Shown one piece after another: positions 56,517 to 64,000 of a stretch of DNA of 64,000 nucleotides. Location of the stretch: contig BK006949.2 in NCBI GenBank assembly GCA_000146045.2, positions 32,001 through 96,000 of the forward strand, written 5' to 3'. The notes beneath the pieces are model-generated. The model was not told the origin of the DNA, made no database searches, and saw nothing but the letters and a program-made list of their open reading frames with translations. Both the position numbers and the translations under genes were made by a program. The DNA comes from TPA_inf: Saccharomyces. Its lineage: Eukaryota. Within the stretch, counting starts at the first letter, position 1; every line of letters begins with the position of its first letter.

Positions 56517-58316
56517 ATGGTTGCCTATTCTCCAATCATTGCCACCTATGGTAATCGTGCAGAACAGTTTTTAGAAACAGACTCAGACTTCGCTAAGTAT
56601 CATGCGAAATTGAATAAAAAGTTGCAACACTTGAGGAGCCGTTGCCATTTGGTCACCAAGGATACAAAGAAATACTCAAGTAAAAATAAGTATGGCGAAA
56701 TTAACTCCGAGGATTATGATAATAAAACTAAATTGATTGGTGTTTTGATTTTACTACACGCTGAAAGGGACTTGGCACTGGCTGAAACTTTGAAATTGAG
56801 AGCTCGTCAAAGAGGAAAGTTAAAGAAAAGTGAAGAAAAGGTTTTATCCACAAGATTGAAGAAGGCCTGCAAGACTGCTGATAAATTGGTTAACGTCACT
56901 CAAAATGAACAGCAATGGATAACTCGTGCCCAATATTTAGCGTTCGCTAAATTGGTACATTCAGAGTACCTAATTAATGGAAAAAGGTTCAAGAGGAAGG
57001 ACAATGCCAAAATTTCGAACAACCTAGCCCTCGTTTTCGCCGCATTGGAACACTTGAAGAATCTAAGCTTATTAGCTGAAGAAGTTGTAGATAACATTGT
57101 TAATAAATACCAGTACTCTCTCAAGCAGTACGCGGGAAATTTAATTACAACGCCCGAAATAAATAACTTTATCGTGGAAAGAGTTCAATCTGATGAGAAC
57201 AAGGACGATGAGCTTGTGAAATTGTTATTAGACAATGGATTCAATATGAAAAAAATTACAACCTCAACTGAAGATCAAAAGGTTACCACTAACATAAACT
57301 GGAGATCTTTCAACGCCAAGATAATCGATGCTGAAGTTGCTCAATTTTTGGAACAAGGTCTATCTATCCACCCAACTCAGATTACTCAATATACACAGAG
57401 GCTATCAAAATTGGAGAAAGCTTTAGACCGTCATGAATTTTTCATCGCAAACCACGACGATCAAGATGACATAGACGAGATGGTTGAAAATAGTTCTGAA
57501 AACAATCAGATAATTTTAGCCTACATTAAATATAATATTCTTTTGACCTCTATATCTCGTGAAAGAGATTTGTTTACTCATTTATGGAATCAATGGCTGA
57601 AATTAAATACTTCATTACCATCGAAGTTAACCAAATATAAAGAAATGGAACGTATTGTGAAGAATTTGACAAAATATTTATCGGACATAATGGAGCTACC
57701 TGGTGTGTATTCAGATGACGAGCTGCTAAGCCAATTAGACTTATGCAAGCTGTATTTCCAGTTATTTCTGAATACGGGCTGCCTGAGTGTTTTATATCAG
57801 TCGAAAGGCAGATATATGGAGGCGTTAGCTCTATATGTGGACGCTTACCGAAGATTAGAAAACAAATTATCTGAAATTGAATCTCTAGACGAAATCTTAC
57901 TTCCAGCAAATCTTTTGTCATTGAATTCTGTCCGAAGCTTACAAAAGAGAATCGAAAACGGTGGTAATAGTGTCATTACTTTGGCGGAATACGAAAAAAG
58001 AAATCATGGTGGCAGCTTAGGGAAATATGATTTGACAGTGATTGAAAAATTGGATAGTAAAAAAATACTGCCAACGGACATACAATTGAAAAATTTATTC
58101 CCTCTCAAGCCAAAAATGCTGCCCATTCCTAGTAAACCAACACTTTTTGATTTGGCCTTCAACTACATAACATATGATAAGCAAGAGCCCTCAGCTTCTC
58201 AAGTGAAAGATTCAGTCACAGAAACCGAGAGCATCTCTCAAACACCAATTTCTAATGAGCAGACGGAAGGAGAGCCTAAAAAGAAGCGTGGTTTCTTGGG
58301 CCTATTTGGTCGTTAA
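56517..58316 (+). CDS. SRP68: Signal recognition particle 68-kDa subunit (599 aa)
   Basis: Track start 56505 is a TTG; the ATG is at 56517 (MVAYSPIIATYG...), 599 aa; basic RNA-binding N-terminal region. Confidence 0.87.
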   Translation: MVAYSPIIATYGNRAEQFLETDSDFAKYHAKLNKKLQHLRSRCHLVTKDTKKYSSKNKYGEINSEDYDNKTKLIGVLILLHAERDLALAETLKLRARQRGKLKKSEEKVLSTRLKKACKTADKLVNVTQNEQQWITRAQYLAFAKLVHSEYLINGKRFKRKDNAKISNNLALVFAALEHLKNLSLLAEEVVDNIVNKYQYSLKQYAGNLITTPEINNFIVERVQSDENKDDELVKLLLDNGFNMKKITTSTEDQKVTTNINWRSFNAKIIDAEVAQFLEQGLSIHPTQITQYTQRLSKLEKALDRHEFFIANHDDQDDIDEMVENSSENNQIILAYIKYNILLTSISRERDLFTHLWNQWLKLNTSLPSKLTKYKEMERIVKNLTKYLSDIMELPGVYSDDELLSQLDLCKLYFQLFLNTGCLSVLYQSKGRYMEALALYVDAYRRLENKLSEIESLDEILLPANLLSLNSVRSLQKRIENGGNSVITLAEYEKRNHGGSLGKYDLTVIEKLDSKKILPTDIQLKNLFPLKPKMLPIPSKPTLFDLAFNYITYDKQEPSASQVKDSVTETESISQTPISNEQTEGEPKKKRGFLGLFGR

Positions 58317-58621
58317 TATTTTTCTAGTATGACTGTATTTATAGTACTATATAGATTATTCCATTTAAACAAATGATGATTGCCAACTATAGTAGCCAAA
58401 TAACGAAGTGCATTACTTAACACATCTTATTTTTATCTACTGAAGATATCGCCAAATTACAGCACATGCTAAAAAGAAGATGTTTAGGGTCCTTTACATA
58501 ACTATACGTTAAATTATTTTTGCTGCTGAAAATAAGGAAAATAAAAACAAAGATAAAAATAGAAAGAATGGGAAAATTTAGTAACAGCTTTTGCCCAATA
58601 TGCTCAAAACCGAGTTATCTA

Positions 58622-61600
58622 TTACAAAGCGTTCCTTTTATAGAAAAAACTGACAATCAAATGTAGTAATTGGCTATTGTTAACAACAACGTTGGAATGG
58701 AATAATTTCCACGTCTCGATTTTTGGTTCAACTTGAGTCTTTATCAAGTCTTTAAATGAGAAAGAATCGACATCATCCGAGTATCGTTTATCGGGCCCTT
58801 TTCTTTTGTCAATCATTTGAATACCGAATCTAGAACCATCCGATGTGGAAATTTTGAATATTATATCTGGGAATTTAGGACCGCTCGAACCAAAGACTTT
58901 TACAGTCAGTTCAGCTAGTTTTTCACCCCTGATGGTTTTAAGCACTCCTCTTTCATACAACTGCTTTGTGTTCCATTTAAACTTCATTCCCTGCAATTCA
59001 GAACGTTCTCTTCCTTGAACTTTTTTTACTGCATTCTTAAAATTTCCAAATTTACTTTTGTGCACCGGCGAAAAATCCTTGGCTTTCTGGAAGTCTTTTA
59101 TCGTATGATCAACATGTTTTTTAAGCCTTGATAATTCTATATCTAAGCTGTGGTTCATTTCCGAAATTTTTGTGAGTGTTTCCTTTGTGATGTAAATTTC
59201 CTGGGTTACATAATCAATGGCATAGTTGGGATTTTTAATAGTGTTCGCAATATCGTTTAAGAAATTTTGTAACTTATTATCAGAAGAGCAAAAAGTCCCC
59301 GTACTTTCTAGTTCATGTATTTTTTTCAAAGTAACATTTTTGAGTGTGAAGTATTTCAATGGTTTCAGCTTCTGTATCATTGGATCATCCCTGATTTTAG
59401 GATTTTGCTCCAGAAAATTTGCAAAATTTGGTTCATCTTGAGGTAGAATTGTACTAATTGAAAGGTCATACAAATTGGTATCTACATCCTCAATTTGCAT
59501 CATGTACACAAATGCCCTTTTAACTTGGTCGTAGATTTTTCTCATCTTGTCATCACTAACGAGGAATCGATATGCAGATGCATCCAATTCCAAGGTAACA
59601 CGTCCTGATCTTGGAAAGGATGAATTGTCCAAGTTCTTTTCCAAAATATCATGCAAAATATCTGCTTCCGGAAATTCATTTAAATACTCTTCAAATTTAC
59701 CACTGATTTCCAGAACCTTTTCAGTTAACAATTCCAATTTGGGGCTTGGCGATACCATATCCAAATAAATCAATCTATCTCCCTCTTGTTCATACTCTGG
59801 ATCTACTAACACATTATAAAGGACATCTTTGATATGAGGCTTTATTTCGTTAGCGTACTGGTTCAATGGATCCAAAAAGCCATCAAAATTTTTGATTTCA
59901 AAAACAGTCGCCAAGGATTTCATTAGAATGTCAATTTTTTGGTTATTTTTTTGAACGTTGCTGTCTTTGTATCCGTAATATTCCCGGTTGACCAAATATT
60001 CAGACACAAAAACGTTCACTAGAATACTTGATATGGCCCTTAAAGAGTCAATCTCCTCAATATTCTTATCTGCCGCGTAGCAGAAGATTTTAGTGCAGAG
60101 GTACCTGATTTCAACGGGAATAGTGTGAACCTTTCTGGTATAAATTTCAGCGACCATTTCAATCGCGTGCCATAGGCACCTTAAATTGTCAATGAACTTA
60201 TTCTTGGTACTCGCATCATCCACAGGCGAACAATGCTGAGGAGAGCTAAAGCCGTGTATTTCTTGATAAATTTTGTATGGATCACTTTCAAAATCCACTA
60301 CTGGATCTGACAAGTAATCCAAAACTGGGACTATTATAGAGAAGAATTCTGGAGACTCTCTTCTCAAAAAATCTTGAAGAATGGTTTGCCAAAATTGTGA
60401 TCGGTTGTCAAGAAAGCTTTCAATACTCGGTGCTTCATTAATCGCATTTTGTAACATTTCACAAACAAACCTTGTGAAATAGGATCTCTCTCTGTCGTTC
60501 ATCCTTTGATTCACTGTTCCAAATGTCATATAAACATTCTTTGCAACAAATTCTGGCTCTTTCAAATACAGCAATTTCCAATAAGAGGGATCAACTTGCA
60601 ACATATAGAACAGTTTTTCATACTTTTGATATTTAGACTTCGGAATCGTAGAATCGGAAATACCGAGTTCATGATCTTTATCTTTTAATAGTCCAAACTT
60701 ATCCAATACTCCGTTAATATTTAGTTGTTGTCTTATGCTCTTCAGTAATCGTTCCTTCTTCATATTTTCGGAATCAAGAGAGGCTTGGCAACTCTCCAAC
60801 TGGTTTTGGACCTCTTCAATGGTTGCTGTTCCATTGAGCAAATGAACGAATTTTTTGACAGCCCAAAGACTTGGATTTGGACAGTCTAGAAGTTCCAAAT
60901 ATGCCGATCTTTGCAGACTTTTCCTAATCCAGCTTTGAATCATAATAACCGACCTTACGTTTCTCTTGTAAAAACTCGACTTTTGGTCCAAGCTTTCACG
61001 TACTAAAGCGCCTCTAGAAAATGCTTGAAATAATGCTAAATTATTATACTCCACAATGTCATCGACTAAGTCTAATGTGTAGCGGACTAGAATACCTCTA
61101 ACCAAACCCTGGAGGTCGTGCACAGTTTCACTGAGATTATTTTCGGGCGCAAACAGTGACTGTACCTTATGTCTTACAGCGTTTCCGCGTATACAGGCTG
61201 ATAATTGAATAATATTACAGTTTTCTTTTCCAAGTGAATATATTATTGATGCTAGGCACGAACGCGTAAATATTCCTCTAATCAAGCTTTGCAATTTTGA
61301 GATATTTTCCTTATGTACATCATGTACAGCACTTAATATCGCGTCCTCTGAACACCTCACAACGTTACCTCTGATGATTGCCGAAAACTTCATAATACTT
61401 TCTCGCTCATCGTTCAACTTTGTATTGAGGGACATCACCTTCTTTCTCACATAAGAAGCACGCATATAAGACTGCAATTTTGTCAGAGGATAATGTGATA
61501 TCTCAATATCATTTAATTTTGTGTTAACGGTTGTCTTCAACAATTTTGAACGACAATATGCTTGCAAAAGTTCGACAGTACACGAAAACCTTGAGAGTGT

Positions 61601-63109
61601 AAATTTCAATTTATCGTATTTATATCGAATTCTGCTTCCCTTAATTCGCGATTGAATCGCCTCGACATGAGGAACGTCAATCTTTGCTCTTCTTATTGGC
61701 AAATACATTGATGACAATACTCTAAATTTATTTCCTCTTAGGCATGCTTGAAACCTTAGTATGTCCTGTTCAAAAAGGTTCAGTAACCTTTTTTGAATGT
61801 ATAGGTTAAAACGGGTATTAACTCCTCGACAAATATTTTGCAGTTGAACTACCTTCTCTAAAAATTGTTCCTCTGTCATCCTTTCTCTTCTCATGGGAGA
61901 ATAATGAGAAGGTGAGTATTTGAACGTCTGGTAATAATTCAAATCTTCCTCTCTTGCACGACTCCTTCTCGTATAAAATTCTGTATCATATGTCAAGTAT
62001 TTCGAGATGGTAGGAGAATAGTACGACAGACTTTTGTTTTTTATTGGGCTATATTCTAAAGATGGTGTAGGGCCCAGAAGACTCGGCTCAATGGGTGTGA
62101 ATTTCCTCTTCTCAACAACGACATCCAAATTTGACATTTTTGGAGCTTCATTATAAGGTGAAGGTGTATTAGAAAAATCGGAGCAATTAGCATCTGTTAT
62201 ATTCTTTCTTGGGGTAATTAAAATTTCTTCCACCGGTATATTCGGCCTTTCAAATTTATTAAAGTCTTTTATCAATCCGCTTCTTTTTTCTTTTGGTTCC
62301 TCAGGGGAAGCTGGTGCAGTATTGATATTAGTTCCTAAGGACTTGAAGTCTCTAATTCTAGGCCATGCTTTTTTACAAGCTGCGATTTCTTCTTTGGTAA
62401 AACTTATTTGGCCCGATACATTTGTTAAAGCGGGCGTTTTGCCTGGCCATTTCTTATTAATCATTGATATAAGAATATGCAGGGTTTCGAAAACCTGAGG
62501 GATATTCTTCTTGTTATAGAGATCTTGCAATTCAAATCTAAAAGAGTCCGGAACACCGACATGTTCTACCAAACCAAAAAAGGCATTAATGTTCTGAGTG
62601 TGTTTAAATTGTAGTTTATCACCTGCAGGAAATATAACCGTTGTCAAATCTGGATTTATCCTCTGGGTTAGCTTGGCCAAAAAAACACCATTCCTAAGTG
62701 AGTCTCCAACACATAACTCTATTTCTGATGGTAGTGCTTCCTCAATAACAGCTTCAATCCATATTTTGACTTCTGATACTCTGCATAAAAACTCATAGTA
62801 CCTCAGTTCTATTTTCGAATAATTACTTAAGTCTACGGTATATTTTCCTACGAGTTTGTTAGGAAGGGATGGCTTCAGCTTTGATACGGAACTTTCTACT
62901 TTTTTTGACAAAATTGTCGCAGAACTGTTGCTAGCTGACGTCTTAGTCTTTAAATGACTTGGCGACGCTATGTTTAACGAAGAGTTGATTTTGGAACTTG
63001 ACTGCGGTCTCAGAGGTGGAGTCACATTGGTGCCTAGGTTTTCAACATAACGATTTAGATAAGAATTATTATTGCCTGGTTTCGAAGGAGAGCCTGAATA
63101 TGCTGTCAT
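58622..63109 (-). CDS. IQG1: IQGAP-family cytokinesis protein: calponin-homology domain, IQ repeats, RasGAP-related domain (1495 aa)
   Basis: N-terminal CH domain, central run of IQ motifs (IQxxxRG/IRG repeats), C-terminal GAP-related domain; ATG revcomp at 63107-63109; 1495 aa. Confidence 0.95.
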   Translation of the reverse strand: MTAYSGSPSKPGNNNSYLNRYVENLGTNVTPPLRPQSSSKINSSLNIASPSHLKTKTSASNSSATILSKKVESSVSKLKPSLPNKLVGKYTVDLSNYSKIELRYYEFLCRVSEVKIWIEAVIEEALPSEIELCVGDSLRNGVFLAKLTQRINPDLTTVIFPAGDKLQFKHTQNINAFFGLVEHVGVPDSFRFELQDLYNKKNIPQVFETLHILISMINKKWPGKTPALTNVSGQISFTKEEIAACKKAWPRIRDFKSLGTNINTAPASPEEPKEKRSGLIKDFNKFERPNIPVEEILITPRKNITDANCSDFSNTPSPYNEAPKMSNLDVVVEKRKFTPIEPSLLGPTPSLEYSPIKNKSLSYYSPTISKYLTYDTEFYTRRSRAREEDLNYYQTFKYSPSHYSPMRRERMTEEQFLEKVVQLQNICRGVNTRFNLYIQKRLLNLFEQDILRFQACLRGNKFRVLSSMYLPIRRAKIDVPHVEAIQSRIKGSRIRYKYDKLKFTLSRFSCTVELLQAYCRSKLLKTTVNTKLNDIEISHYPLTKLQSYMRASYVRKKVMSLNTKLNDERESIMKFSAIIRGNVVRCSEDAILSAVHDVHKENISKLQSLIRGIFTRSCLASIIYSLGKENCNIIQLSACIRGNAVRHKVQSLFAPENNLSETVHDLQGLVRGILVRYTLDLVDDIVEYNNLALFQAFSRGALVRESLDQKSSFYKRNVRSVIMIQSWIRKSLQRSAYLELLDCPNPSLWAVKKFVHLLNGTATIEEVQNQLESCQASLDSENMKKERLLKSIRQQLNINGVLDKFGLLKDKDHELGISDSTIPKSKYQKYEKLFYMLQVDPSYWKLLYLKEPEFVAKNVYMTFGTVNQRMNDRERSYFTRFVCEMLQNAINEAPSIESFLDNRSQFWQTILQDFLRRESPEFFSIIVPVLDYLSDPVVDFESDPYKIYQEIHGFSSPQHCSPVDDASTKNKFIDNLRCLWHAIEMVAEIYTRKVHTIPVEIRYLCTKIFCYAADKNIEEIDSLRAISSILVNVFVSEYLVNREYYGYKDSNVQKNNQKIDILMKSLATVFEIKNFDGFLDPLNQYANEIKPHIKDVLYNVLVDPEYEQEGDRLIYLDMVSPSPKLELLTEKVLEISGKFEEYLNEFPEADILHDILEKNLDNSSFPRSGRVTLELDASAYRFLVSDDKMRKIYDQVKRAFVYMMQIEDVDTNLYDLSISTILPQDEPNFANFLEQNPKIRDDPMIQKLKPLKYFTLKNVTLKKIHELESTGTFCSSDNKLQNFLNDIANTIKNPNYAIDYVTQEIYITKETLTKISEMNHSLDIELSRLKKHVDHTIKDFQKAKDFSPVHKSKFGNFKNAVKKVQGRERSELQGMKFKWNTKQLYERGVLKTIRGEKLAELTVKVFGSSGPKFPDIIFKISTSDGSRFGIQMIDKRKGPDKRYSDDVDSFSFKDLIKTQVEPKIETWKLFHSNVVVNNSQLLHLIVSFFYKRNAL

Positions 63110-63371
63110 TGTTTTTGCACCACCTTGTTACATATAATTGAACTGGTGCAATAAGTTTTTCAAAAAAATAATCTATGTTTTGGCCAACTACTTTCTTATT
63201 TTCAATAAAAAGCTGTTGTTTTCTGATGTCAATAACAGGGTTTCTTAATTTCAAGATGGAAGAATTTGTAATGTTTACACTTTCCTCTTTTAGGATATGC
63301 TATTAATGGCATGCTTAAATCACTATATACGAAATAAACAATTTTAGCGATGCGTAGCTCAATATAAAGCG

Positions 63372-64000
<629 letters not shown>

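Overview
This window reads as a fully collinear, well-characterised stretch of the Saccharomyces cerevisiae chromosome XVI left arm, gene order YPL270W (MDL2) through YPL241C (CIN2). From memory of the reference GAL4 coordinates it corresponds to roughly chrXVI 32-96 kb, but I cannot verify that here. I can support 30 nuclear protein-coding genes; 28 are complete, MDL2 is 5'-truncated and CIN2 is cut by the window edge. There is one intron-containing ribosomal protein gene (RPL36B, with a 16-nt first exon) and one intron-containing tRNA-Trp(CCA) gene on the minus strand. A full-length Ty1 retrotransposon (5,924 bp) carries TYA and TYB, the canonical CUU-AGG-C +1 frameshift site and a 5-bp GTTAT target-site duplication. 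It sits about 180 bp upstream of the tRNA, in a nest of four further delta LTR copies or fragments. The supplied ORF track evidently allows non-ATG initiators (TTG/GTG), so several track starts were moved to the first in-frame ATG (KAR9, APM1, THI21, YPL257W, HFI1, VIK1, RBD2, SRP68; the RPL36B and CIN2 track ORFs begin inside exon 2). Candidate regulatory elements visible in the sequence are an SCB cluster in the CLN2 promoter, a HAP-type CCAAT box plus direct repeats in the FUM1 promoter, a GC island with triple GTCGCTRG repeats in the DIP5 promoter, a Mig1-like GC box in the GAL4 promoter, a Rap1-like site in the RPL36B promoter, and long poly(dA:dT) tracts. I find no evidence for a novel or undescribed system. 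Every large ORF is accounted for by a known yeast gene. The CRISPR, terminator and operon categories do not apply to this eukaryotic nuclear DNA. The most open biology here lies in the still-uncharacterised genes (YPL245W P-loop/DEAH NTPase, YPL247C WD40, YPL264C DMT transporter, YPL260W, YPL257W) and in the Ty1/tRNA integration hotspot.
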